From Acidimicrobiales bacterium (GTDB lineage: Bacteria; Actinomycetota; Acidimicrobiia; Acidimicrobiales; RAAP-2), in contig JBEKCS010000008.1 in assembly GCA_050014755.1 (NCBI GenBank), positions 11,820-75,819 of the forward strand: DNA of 64,000 nt. The letters run 5' to 3'. The notes under the pieces were generated by a model, which saw only the letters and a program-made list of their open reading frames with translations, was not told the origin of the DNA and searched no databases. Below, piece after piece: positions 44,772 through 52,871 of this stretch. Within the stretch, counting starts at the first letter, position 1. Each line of letters opens with the position of its first letter. The translations under genes were made by a program, and so were the position numbers.

Positions 44772-45998
44772 TCAGGCCGGGCGGTGGACCGGCACCCGGG
44801 AGAAGCCGGCCACGTTGGACATCCGTACCCGGGCACAGCCGTCCTCGTCCACCAGGTAGTGCGGCCAGCGGCGGGCCAGCGCCGCGATGGCCACCCGGCT
44901 CTCCATGCGGGCCAACGCCGCACCCAGGCAGGTGTGGATCCCGAAGCCGAACCCGAGGGCCTGGCTCGGCGTCCGCTCGATGTCGAACTCGTCGGCCCGG
45001 TCGAAGAACCGCTCGTCCCGGGTGGCCGACCCGGTGACCAGGATGGTCGGATGGCCGGCCGGGATGGTCACCCCTCCGTACACCGAGTCGCGGACCGAGA
45101 ACCGGCCCTGGTACTGCGACGGGGGCAGGAACCGCAGGACCTCCTCGACGGCCGACGGGACCGTTCCCGGATCGGCGACCACCTTGGCCCACTGGTCGGG
45201 ATGGCGGTGGAACAGCACCACGGCGTTGGCCACCAGCTTGGTCACCGTCTCGGCTCCGGCCCCGCCCAGCAGGCTGACGAAGCCGGCGATCTCCCCGTCG
45301 TCGAGGCGGGTCGTCTGGCCGTCCCCGCGCTCGATCTCCGCCTGGGTCAGCTCGGTGATCATGTCGTCACCCGGCCGGCGGCGCTTCTCCCTGGCCAGCT
45401 CGTTGAAGTAGGACCACATGGCGATCGAGGCCTCGATGCCCTCGGGCGTGGGGTCCATGTCCCCCGGCCGGCGCTCCAGGCCGAGGTCGATCCAGTGCCG
45501 GATCTGCTGGCGCTCCCCTTCGGGGACACCGAGCATGCGGCAGATGATCTCGACGGGGAACGGTCCGCAGAAGTCGGCCACCGCGTCGAACGAGCCGGCT
45601 CCGTCGATGGCGTCCAGGTACGACTCGATGACCTCGGTGACCATCGGCTCGAGTGACTGGACGGCACGGGGGGTGAACACCCGGCCGACCAGGGCCCGGG
45701 CCCGCTCGTGCTCCGGCGGGTCCATCATGATCATCATCCCGTACATCCGGACGACCTCGGGGTCGGTGGCCAGCGTCGACAGGTCGACCCCGTGGGTACT
45801 GGTGAACGTCTGCCAGTCCAGGTGGGCGGCGCGGACATCCTCGTAGCGGAACAGCGCCCAGAACCCGTAGCGCTCGTTGAACGAGACCGGCGCATGGTCG
45901 CGCATGGTGCGGTAGACGTCGTAGGGATCGTCGAAGTACTCGTCCGAGAACGGGTCGAACACGGGCGGCGATCCGCCCACGACCGCATCGGCCATCAT
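44772..45998 (-). CDS. Cytochrome P450
   Basis: Heme loop FGFGIHTCLGAALA, EXXR (EEVLRF) and GAGAETV. The start is at MMADAV (45998). Confidence 0.9.
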   Translation of the reverse strand: MMADAVVGGSPPVFDPFSDEYFDDPYDVYRTMRDHAPVSFNERYGFWALFRYEDVRAAHLDWQTFTSTHGVDLSTLATDPEVVRMYGMMIMMDPPEHERARALVGRVFTPRAVQSLEPMVTEVIESYLDAIDGAGSFDAVADFCGPFPVEIICRMLGVPEGERQQIRHWIDLGLERRPGDMDPTPEGIEASIAMWSYFNELAREKRRRPGDDMITELTQAEIERGDGQTTRLDDGEIAGFVSLLGGAGAETVTKLVANAVVLFHRHPDQWAKVVADPGTVPSAVEEVLRFLPPSQYQGRFSVRDSVYGGVTIPAGHPTILVTGSATRDERFFDRADEFDIERTPSQALGFGFGIHTCLGAALARMESRVAIAALARRWPHYLVDEDGCARVRMSNVAGFSRVPVHRPA

Positions 45999-46056
45999 CT
46001 GCTCCCACTCCGGTGCGCGGGCCCCGGTCAGCGGCGATCGTACCGCCGCCCGGTCG

Positions 46057-46941
46057 TCAGCCGGCGAACGCCGCGACGACTCTGCTGCCGAAGGACCGGA
46101 TGGTGGCCGTCGGGGCGAAGTCGGCGAACCACACGTAACAGCGGTCCACGCCCCTGCGGTGGTAGTCGGCGAACCGGGCGACGAGCTGGTCCGCATCGCC
46201 GATCACCAGCTCCGTGGACATGCCGCCGAACCGCCGCTGTGCGGTGGCGGTGACCCCGGGTCGTTCCGACTCCTCGGCCACGTAGGCCACCAGGTGCTGC
46301 GTCGATACCCGCGCTCCGCCCACCAGAGGCCGCAGTTCGTCCAGGCGGTCCAGGTGGTGGGTGGGCAGGTTCCACCAGTCGGCATGGCGCCGGACCAGGT
46401 CGAGCGCCCTCGCCGACGACCCGCCGACCACGATCGGGATCCGGTCGAGCGGTGTGGGCTGTTGTCCCGGGCAGTCGACCCGGAAATGGTGGCCCTGGTG
46501 GACGACGGGTTCGCCCGTCCACAGCGCCCCGATCAGCTCGAGGGTCTCCCCCAGCCGATCGGTCCGCGCCCTCTGTCCTTCCGTGGTCACCCCGTAGGAG
46601 ACCAGCTCGGCCGACATCGACCCCGATCCGAGACCAAGTTCGAACCGACCGCCCGACGCATGGTCGAGGGTCACACACTGGCGGGCCAGCACCGCCGGGT
46701 GTCGCACCGCGTCGCACAGCACCAGGTGCCCGACACGCAGGTCGGTGGTGCGGGCGGCCACCCAGGTGGCCACCGTCATGGCCTCGAACATGGGTGCCCG
46801 CTCCATGAGCGGGGGCGCCAGGTGGTCCATGAAGGCGATCCCGCGGAACCCCGAGGACTCGGCGGCCACCGCCCGCTCGGCGATTGCGTCGATGTCCATG
46901 CGCATCTGGGGCAGATAGAGGAAGAATTCCGGCCCCTTCAC
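46057..46941 (-). CDS. Luciferase-like monooxygenase (LLM) class, probably F420-dependent oxidoreductase
   Basis: GFRGIAFMDHL and GRFELGLGSG. GTG 46941 was chosen and the start is uncertain. Confidence 0.75.
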   Translation of the reverse strand: MKGPEFFLYLPQMRMDIDAIAERAVAAESSGFRGIAFMDHLAPPLMERAPMFEAMTVATWVAARTTDLRVGHLVLCDAVRHPAVLARQCVTLDHASGGRFELGLGSGSMSAELVSYGVTTEGQRARTDRLGETLELIGALWTGEPVVHQGHHFRVDCPGQQPTPLDRIPIVVGGSSARALDLVRRHADWWNLPTHHLDRLDELRPLVGGARVSTQHLVAYVAEESERPGVTATAQRRFGGMSTELVIGDADQLVARFADYHRRGVDRCYVWFADFAPTATIRSFGSRVVAAFAG

Positions 46942-47075
46942 GCCCGTCCGCACCCGTTCGTCGTTGCACGTGTCATCGTCAGGGTCACCGTCGCCATCCA
47001 GTCGGGGTGCCCGTCGACATCGTGTGCCCGACCGCCCAACCGGCGGCACCGTCCCGGTCGGCGTTACGCTCGGTC

Positions 47076-47537
47076 ATGCTAACCATCGGCTCGTTCGACG
47101 ACCTGACCCCGCTGATCGGCCAACACCTCGGCTACAGCGACTTCCACCAGATCACCCAGGACCGGGTGAATCTCTTCGCGGAGGCCACCGGCGACCACCA
47201 GTGGATCCACGTCGACCCCGAACGGGCCAAAGCGGGTCCGTTCGGAGGGACCATCGCTCATGGCTATCTCACGCTGTCGATCGGTCCCGTCCTGATCCAC
47301 GACATCGTGACGTGGCAGAACATCCGGATGGGCGTCAACTACGGTCTGAACAAGGTCCGGTTCCCGAGCCCGGTGCCGGTCGGGTCCTCGGTTCGCCTCG
47401 GCGCCGTCCTCGCCGCGGCCGAGTCCCTCGACGGCGGCGGTGTGCAGATCACGCTCGACCTGAGTTTCGAGGTCGAGGGCTCGCCCAAGCCGGCATGCGT
47501 GGCCGAGCTCCTCCTGCGCTACTACTTCGACCAGTAG
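47076..47537 (+). CDS. MaoC-like (R)-specific enoyl-CoA hydratase/dehydratase (hot-dog fold)
   Basis: FAEATGDHQWIHVDPERA and GTIAHGYLTLS. Confidence 0.85.
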   Translation: MLTIGSFDDLTPLIGQHLGYSDFHQITQDRVNLFAEATGDHQWIHVDPERAKAGPFGGTIAHGYLTLSIGPVLIHDIVTWQNIRMGVNYGLNKVRFPSPVPVGSSVRLGAVLAAAESLDGGGVQITLDLSFEVEGSPKPACVAELLLRYYFDQ

Positions 47538-47604
47538 CGATCAACGGCCGAATGTTCGCCGACCGAGGCTCCTGTCAGGGGAAGGGCCGACCTCACTCGA
47601 CCCG

Positions 47605-47624
47605 GACGGGCGTCAGCGCCCGTC
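47605..47624. terminator. Bidirectional terminator-like hairpin between convergent genes
   Basis: GACGGGCG tcag CGCCCGTC forms a perfect 8-bp G/C-rich stem with a 4-nt loop. It lies between the MaoC-like gene (ends 47537) and the REC-EAL gene (ends 47671). Confidence 0.5.
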
Positions 47625-47670
47625 ACGCTCCCCCGACAAATCCGCCGAGATCATCATGGAACTGCAGCCA

Positions 47671-48819
47671 CTAGTCGGTGGCGAGGTACCCCTCGCAGTC
47701 TGCCGCGGAAAGTGGCCGCGAAAACAGGTAGCCCTGCCCGTAGTCGCAGCCGATTCCACGCAGCGCATCTACTTGTTCCTGGCGCTCGATTCCTTCGGCG
47801 ATGCTGGTCATCCCCATCGATCTTGCCAGATGGCAGATCTCCTCGACCAACAGCATCGAACGTGTCGACTCCGGCAACTCCAACGTGAACGAGCGGTCGA
47901 TCTTCAGATGATCGAAGGGGAATCGGAGGACGTAGGAGAGCGACGAGAAGGCGGTGCCGAAGTCGTCGAGCGCCAGTTCCGTCCCGAGGTCTTTGAGTTG
48001 GGTGATGAAGTCCGTGGTGCGCTCGCTGTCGTCCAGAAGTACCGATTCAGTGATCTCGAACACCAGTCTTCCCGCATCGAAACCGGAGCCTCTGACGATG
48101 TCCGCGATTCCGTGGAGTAGTTCCGGATCCGAAAGATCGCTCGCCGAGACGTTGACGCACATGCGGATGCTCGAAGTCCGGGGATACTTCTGCTGCCAAT
48201 CCCTCAGTTGGGACACGGCCCGTTCCCAGATCCACCGGTCGATCTCCACGATGAAGCCGGTCGCCTCGGCGATCGGCAGGAATTCGTCAGGGTAGAGGAG
48301 TCCCCGCGTCGGGTGCTGCCAACGCACCAATGCCTCAAGCGCGACGACTCGCATAGTGGCAAGATCGACCACCGGCTGATAGTGCACCACGAGTTGGTCG
48401 AGCGCCGGCAGCGCCTCCATCTCTTCGCTCGCGACCGGGAGGCCCGCGGCCACCCGCAGTACCGCTTCGCGCAACTCCTGAATAGCTCGGGTCTTCGTCA
48501 CCCATGCGGAGCTGCCCGCTCGCACCGATGCCAAGAGGGCACCGGGACGCTCTGCGCCGGACAGAGTGATGATCTTCACCTCAGGACACGTCTCACGGAG
48601 CGTCCTGATCACATCCGGAGCATCCATGTCCGGAAGCGAATAGTCGACGATTACGACGTCCGGACCCTCTCGCCGGACTACCTGGATCCCACGCTGGGCA
48701 TCCAGCGCTGTACCGACGACCACGATCCGTGGATCGTCTCGAAGAAGACGCTCGAGGCTCTGAAGAATCATCTCGTGATCGTCGATCACCACCACGCGGA
48801 TGACAGGATCCCTACTCAT
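47671..48819 (-). CDS. Response regulator receiver + EAL domain protein (putative c-di-GMP phosphodiesterase)
   Basis: The REC part is VVVIDDHEMI...VIVDYSLPDMD. The EAL part is ALEALVRW, EITES, DDFGT and QGYLFSRP. Its start overlaps the kinase gene by 8 nt. Confidence 0.9.
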   Translation of the reverse strand: MSRDPVIRVVVIDDHEMILQSLERLLRDDPRIVVVGTALDAQRGIQVVRREGPDVVIVDYSLPDMDAPDVIRTLRETCPEVKIITLSGAERPGALLASVRAGSSAWVTKTRAIQELREAVLRVAAGLPVASEEMEALPALDQLVVHYQPVVDLATMRVVALEALVRWQHPTRGLLYPDEFLPIAEATGFIVEIDRWIWERAVSQLRDWQQKYPRTSSIRMCVNVSASDLSDPELLHGIADIVRGSGFDAGRLVFEITESVLLDDSERTTDFITQLKDLGTELALDDFGTAFSSLSYVLRFPFDHLKIDRSFTLELPESTRSMLLVEEICHLARSMGMTSIAEGIERQEQVDALRGIGCDYGQGYLFSRPLSAADCEGYLATD

Positions 48820-50710
48820 CGCGCTCCAGTATCATTCGCACGTTCTCCAGAAGCATCGTCTGGTCGAAGGGCTTCTCCACGAGCAGAAAGTCCGTTCCGA
48901 GCACTGACTCAGCTTCAAGGACAGGTAGGGCATGTCCGGACATGAAGAGCACGCGCACATTTGGACGGAGCTTTCCCACTTCGATTGCGACTGTCGGACC
49001 TTGCATCGTGGGCATGATCACATCAGTCAGCAAGAGATCGATGGGATTGGCGTACGAGGCGGCGATCTCTATCGCCTCGGCACCGTCTGACGCAGTGAGA
49101 ACGGTATAGCCGTTGCGAGTCAATATCCGTCGTGTCACTTCGCGAAGCGCCTCCTCGTCATCGACGACAAGGATCGTGTCGTGTCCGGTCAATGCGTTGA
49201 GGGTCACTGCGGGTTCGCCGGGATCGTCGGGAGCCGCACTCTCCACGGCAGCAGGCAGAAGGATGGTGATCGACGTGCCGATTCCCTCATCGGAGTAGAT
49301 CTTCGTGTAGCCACCTGACTGTGAAACGATTCCGTACACCGTGGCCAGACCGAGGCCCGAGCCTTCGCCCGCAGACTTGGTCGTGAAGAACGGCTCGTAG
49401 GCGCGGTCGCGAACCTCCACGGGCATCCCGATTCCGTTGTCGCCGACGCGGCAACATACGTAGTCCCCCGGTGGAGCCTCGGTTCCCGAGACTTCGTCCC
49501 CTGTGATCGTCCTCAGCGACGTATCGATCGACAGGGTTCCCCCGTCCGGCATCGCATCGCGGGCGTTGATGGCCAGGTTGAGGACAATCTGCTCGATTTG
49601 GCCAGGGTCAGCTACCACCATCGGCAAGCCGCTTGCGAGGCTGATGACGAGCTCAATCTGCTCGCCGATTGTCCGACGCAGGATCTGCTCCATGCGTGTG
49701 ATTGCGCTGTTGAGGCTCAGCGGACGTGCCTGAACCACCTCACGGCGGGAGAACGCGAGTAGTTGGTGGGTCAGGACACTGGCGCGTTCAGCGGCCAGTT
49801 GAATCTGTTCAACGTCCTTGAGCGGCCCATTCCACTGCGTGCCTGTCGGAACTGAAGCGGCGTCCGACAACTCTTCCGCCACGAACGACGCGTAGTTCAA
49901 GATCACGGCCAGCAGATTGTTGAAGTCGTGAGCAACGCCTCCGGCGAGTTGACCCAGGCTCTCCAGACGTTGGGACTGATGCAATTGCGCCTCGAGCCGT
50001 TTGCGGTCGGCCTCTGCCTCGATCCGCACGCGTTCGGCATCTCTCTTCTCCACCTCGGCCTTGATGCGTTCGCCCTCGGCCGTCACGCGGTCGACCTCGG
50101 CTTCGAGGCGCACGCGTTCGGCTTCCCGCTTCTCGTCCTCGGCCGTGACGCGGTCGACCTCGGCTTCGAGACGCACGCGTTCGGCTTCCCGCTTCTCGTC
50201 CTCGGCCGTGACGCGGTCGACCTCGGCTTCGAGGCGCACGCGCTCGGCTACCCGCTTCTCGCCCTCGGCCGTGACGCGATCAGCCTCGGCTTCGAGACGC
50301 ACGCGTTCGGCCACCTTCTTCTCGTCCTCGGCCCTGAGCCGCTCGGCCTCGGCCTCGACCCGCACGCCCTCCGCCTCGGCCTCGACCTCAATACGTTCAC
50401 TCACATCCCGTACTGTCGCCGAGATCAGGAGCCCACGATCCGTCGAGAGCGTGGAGAAGGAGATCGCCGCGGAGAACTCACTGCCATCGCGTCGTCGACC
50501 CGGAACCTCCAAGCCGACCGCGGAAGGTAGGAATTTCGGCTCCGCAATGCCGACGAGTGAGACGAGAGTCTCGACGGAAGTTCCGATGAGCTCGTCGTGG
50601 CCGAATCCGAACAGTCGTTCGGCTTCGGCATTCACGTATTCGATCAGGCCGGCATCGTTCATCACCAGCAATGCGATCGGTGTCGAATGGAGAATTTCGG
50701 CAAGCGTCAT
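48812..50710 (-). CDS. Hybrid sensor histidine kinase: PAS - long repeat-built coiled coil - HisKA/HATPase - receiver
   Basis: The PAS part is LVMNDAGLIEYVNAEAERLFG. It is followed by 21-aa AERVRLEAEVDRVTAEDEKRE repeats and the H-box GGVAHDFNNLL. ATPase G-boxes (DNGIGM, GSGLGL) and a C-terminal REC (ILVVDDEE...LLLTDVIMP) follow. ATG 50710 is preferred over the track's TTG 50785. Confidence 0.9.
   Translation of the reverse strand: MTLAEILHSTPIALLVMNDAGLIEYVNAEAERLFGFGHDELIGTSVETLVSLVGIAEPKFLPSAVGLEVPGRRRDGSEFSAAISFSTLSTDRGLLISATVRDVSERIEVEAEAEGVRVEAEAERLRAEDEKKVAERVRLEAEADRVTAEGEKRVAERVRLEAEVDRVTAEDEKREAERVRLEAEVDRVTAEDEKREAERVRLEAEVDRVTAEGERIKAEVEKRDAERVRIEAEADRKRLEAQLHQSQRLESLGQLAGGVAHDFNNLLAVILNYASFVAEELSDAASVPTGTQWNGPLKDVEQIQLAAERASVLTHQLLAFSRREVVQARPLSLNSAITRMEQILRRTIGEQIELVISLASGLPMVVADPGQIEQIVLNLAINARDAMPDGGTLSIDTSLRTITGDEVSGTEAPPGDYVCCRVGDNGIGMPVEVRDRAYEPFFTTKSAGEGSGLGLATVYGIVSQSGGYTKIYSDEGIGTSITILLPAAVESAAPDDPGEPAVTLNALTGHDTILVVDDEEALREVTRRILTRNGYTVLTASDGAEAIEIAASYANPIDLLLTDVIMPTMQGPTVAIEVGKLRPNVRVLFMSGHALPVLEAESVLGTDFLLVEKPFDQTMLLENVRMILERDE
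50080..50331. repeat. 63-bp tandem repeat x4 (degenerate copies flank it, about 50017-50394) inside the kinase gene
   Basis: Units start at 50080, 50143, 50206 and 50269. Units 1 and 2 differ at 2 of 63 positions by my count. Each unit encodes 21 aa, or three heptads. Confidence 0.95.
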
Positions 50711-50940
50711 GTCGGTGAGCCGGATTGCGCCCACCCCCTTTGAGATCGAGCGACTCCCAAGCACTCCGGTCGTCTCGTCGCGCAACCAGCCGCACCTGAA
50801 TCGCCACTATGACACCAAGTCTCCCACGTGGTGATCCGGAAAGTCGCCGGTGGAGGAAGTCCCGCCCGAAGCGAAACCCGGCCCCGAGTTCTCACCCTCG
50901 ATCCGGCGTCGTCGCCAGCGCGGCCGGAACCGAGTGCTGC

Positions 50941-50960
50941 CACCACGTTCAACCGTGGTG
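50941..50960 (-). terminator. Terminator-like hairpin downstream of the DUF1918 gene
   Basis: CACCACG ttcaac CGTGGTG forms a perfect 7-bp stem, 29 nt past the stop at 50989. Confidence 0.4.
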
Positions 50961-50988
50961 CCCCGCTCCGCCGGGCCCGTCCAGGCCG

Positions 50989-51180
50989 CTAGTGCTGGTG
51001 CTTCACCACGGAAGCGTCAGGTCCCGGGAAGAAGAGATCCTCCTGGCCGGTATCAGCCCAACGCACCACGTAGGGAGGCTCCCCGTTCTCGTGGTGAAGC
51101 TCCAGCACTTCACAGTCACGGTCCGCCTCACCGACATGGTGGCCCTTGATGACGATTCGGTCCCCGACGTTCGCTTGCAT
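50989..51180 (-). CDS. DUF1918 domain protein
   Basis: MQANVGDRIVIKGHHVG...GEPPYVVRWADTGQEDLFFPGPDA matches the DUF1918 pattern known from actinobacteria. AAGGAG lies 6 nt upstream of ATG 51180. The longer track ORF is not supported. Confidence 0.8.
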   Translation of the reverse strand: MQANVGDRIVIKGHHVGEADRDCEVLELHHENGEPPYVVRWADTGQEDLFFPGPDASVVKHQH

Positions 51181-51272
51181 GTGCGCTCCTTTAGGCGGGT
51201 GATTACCCACGGTCATCGTCACCCCAGGGGCGATCCAGCACCAGAGTCCGAGGTCACTGATCCCCCACCTCT

Positions 51273-51290
51273 GCCGGGCCGAAAGGCCGG
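51273..51290 (-). terminator. Weak terminator-like hairpin after the GT/methyltransferase gene
   Basis: GCCGGGCC gaaa GGCCGG has a G/C stem with one bulge, about 35 nt past the stop at 51323. Confidence 0.25.
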
Positions 51291-51322
51291 AACGGCGGTT
51301 CGGAGGGGGCACGACGGTCGGC

Positions 51323-52738
51323 TCAGGCCGTGCCCGGCTCCACCAGCCAGGTCGTCGTCTCGTTGTCCACCCGCATCACCGACATCTCCACTCCCGGCGA
51401 GAACCTCCGGATGGTGTCCGACAGAGGCTCGTGAAAGCTGGTCATCGTCCGGTCCCCCCGAGGCTCCTGCTCGTAACCGGAGATCAGCACGGCCCGGCGG
51501 CCCGACAGCAGCAGACGTCGGACGAGGTCCCGGTAGGTGGCCTCGTCCGACTGGTGGATCAGCACGTCCATGCAGATGGTCAGGTCCGCCTCGAGCGGAT
51601 GGTCGATCAAGGTGCCACGGTAGAAGGTGTCCTCCGGACGGGCGGTGCGGGCGAGTCGAATCGCCCCGTCGGACAGGTCGATTCCCTGATAGTTCGGAAT
51701 GGCCAGGCCGCGGGTCGCCTCACCGTCGCCGCAGCCGACGTCCAGTGTCGACGTCGGCCGGACCCGGTCGAGGACGCTGACGAGCATCCGGCGCTTCTCG
51801 TCGAGGCTTGTGCCGCGACTCCCGACGCCCGAGCCGAGCTCCGGATTCGACCGGTAGCGCCACTCCCAGAACGTCCGGTTGGGGAAGGACTCGTCCCACA
51901 GTCGGACGATGGCCTCGTTGCAGAGGTCGATGCGCCTGTCGATCGCCCCGAAACCCGACGCGGCCAGGAGCCCGGTGGGGGTCACGGCGCCGTGGTAGTG
52001 CATGACGGCGGGCGTCCCCACGTCGTCGGGGATCCAATCACGGATGTGGATCGGCGTGTTCCACCGGGGTTCGAGCCTCTGGATCGGGATCCCTTCGGCC
52101 CGGAGCGCGAGGGCCATCGCCATCTGATCCACGAACATGGCGAACGATCCGAGCAGTTCCTGACGATCGAGGAGCCACCGGGCCCAGCGGTCCCACGCCC
52201 CGGTGACCTGGTCGAGCAGGGGCCCCGGCACCAGATAGAGCCCGCCGTTGGCGTTGCCGTCGATGGTCTCCTCGTCGGGATCGAAGTCGAGGGCCACGAT
52301 GGGGGGCAGCTCCACTCCGGCCTGCTCGAAGACGGACCGCACGATGTCGAGCGGTGGATTGGGAGCATCGACGAGCTTGACGGCGACAGCACCAGGATCC
52401 AGAGGCAGAGCTCTCGGGTCCTCGCAGATGACCACGTCGGCGTCGGTGAGGACCGCGAGACCCTCGACCCCGGTCGCGGCCAGGCTCAGCGCGCCGGCGA
52501 TCTTGTTGCAGTGTGCCGATCGGGCATCGAACGGCTGGATCGAACGAACGGTGACGCCCTTTCCCTCGAGAATGTCGAGGACGTCACTGGCGGTCGACCC
52601 GACCACGTGCACGGTGAGGTCGGACGGTCTGGCTCCCGCTACCGCGGTGATCGATGCGAACCAACGGAGCGCCTCGAGGTGGAAGCGGGGATCGTCATCG
52701 ACGACGCACGAAAATGTCCCGATCGCCGATGACGTCAT
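51323..52738 (-). CDS. Fusion protein: GT-A (GT8-like) nucleotide-sugar transferase-like domain + class I SAM-dependent methyltransferase
   Basis: The N-terminal half has LTDADVV (DxD-like), NGGLYLV and MHYHG. The C-terminal half has the SAM motif I LDVGCGDGE and the later ICMDVLIH. ATG 52738 was chosen. Confidence 0.65.
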   Translation of the reverse strand: MTSSAIGTFSCVVDDDPRFHLEALRWFASITAVAGARPSDLTVHVVGSTASDVLDILEGKGVTVRSIQPFDARSAHCNKIAGALSLAATGVEGLAVLTDADVVICEDPRALPLDPGAVAVKLVDAPNPPLDIVRSVFEQAGVELPPIVALDFDPDEETIDGNANGGLYLVPGPLLDQVTGAWDRWARWLLDRQELLGSFAMFVDQMAMALALRAEGIPIQRLEPRWNTPIHIRDWIPDDVGTPAVMHYHGAVTPTGLLAASGFGAIDRRIDLCNEAIVRLWDESFPNRTFWEWRYRSNPELGSGVGSRGTSLDEKRRMLVSVLDRVRPTSTLDVGCGDGEATRGLAIPNYQGIDLSDGAIRLARTARPEDTFYRGTLIDHPLEADLTICMDVLIHQSDEATYRDLVRRLLLSGRRAVLISGYEQEPRGDRTMTSFHEPLSDTIRRFSPGVEMSVMRVDNETTTWLVEPGTA

Positions 52739-52871
52739 GGAGTCGACCCGGTGTCGGCACCTCGGTTCGGACTCACCGGACGAGCCTACCCAAGCGCTCC
52801 GGGCACCCCGGCCCCATCGTGTCCGTGCCGGTGCCCCGGGCCGATCCGTCGACCGGCGAACCCGACCGGAC

